From: Candidatus Roizmanbacteria bacterium CG_4_9_14_0_2_um_filter_39_13
Lineage (GTDB): Bacteria; Patescibacteriota; Microgenomatia; UBA1406; GWC2-37-13
Direction of reading: 5' to 3'
Length of the DNA: 34,786 nt
NCBI GenBank assembly: GCA_002788865.1
Contig: PFSC01000156.1
Span: 1-34,786, forward strand
Below the pieces are notes generated by a model. The model did no database searches and was not told where the DNA came from. It saw only the letters and a program-made list of their open reading frames with translations. The translations under genes were made by a program, and so were the position numbers. This document shows, one piece after another, positions 34,761 through 34,786 of the stretch (positions are counted from its first letter, which is position 1; each line of letters opens with the position of its first letter).

Positions 34761-34786
34761 GTCATTCCCGCCCCCGATCGGAGTCG
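34761..34786. repeat. Start of another GTCAT-family element, cut off by the window end
   Basis: GTCATTCCCGCCCCCGATCGGAGTCG shares its GTCATTCCCG start with 1261..1331. Confidence 0.6.

Overview
AT-rich bacterial chromosomal segment using the standard genetic code. Gene content and style suggest a Patescibacteria/CPR (Microgenomates-like) organism, but that is an inference. Left to right: (i) rmlC, a stand-alone riboflavin kinase and a tRNA-CAT; (ii) a surface-glycan operon (GT2, O-antigen-ligase-like protein, GT39/ArnT-like protein, three GT4); (iii) an accessory defence-type island at about 9.3-15.8 kb: a Bro-N gene bracketed by a 29-bp promoter-containing direct repeat, a truncated HsdR-N-like remnant, then an EcoRI-family adenine MTase, a DUF262-HNH nuclease, an OLD-family ATPase/TOPRIM nuclease and a DUF2130 protein; (iv) a FemABX transferase and lon; (v) a 2-oxoacid:ferredoxin oxidoreductase, ferredoxin and SUF cluster interrupted by a REP-associated tyrosine transposase (RAYT); (vi) tsaD, a tsaC-tsaE fusion, ftsH, a stand-alone 5'-3' exonuclease and a MazG-like gene. 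The most striking signals are three. The OLD nuclease ends in an SSB C-terminal-tail mimic (EDDIPF), and the MTase of the same operon carries a beta-clamp-type motif (QLALF), suggesting a defence system wired to the replisome interaction network. Degenerate 7-bp tandem arrays lie both between genes and in-frame inside five genes. At least four families of REP-like palindromes occur, some nested and one inside the RAYT gene itself. All family assignments come from motif recognition by eye, not from database searches.
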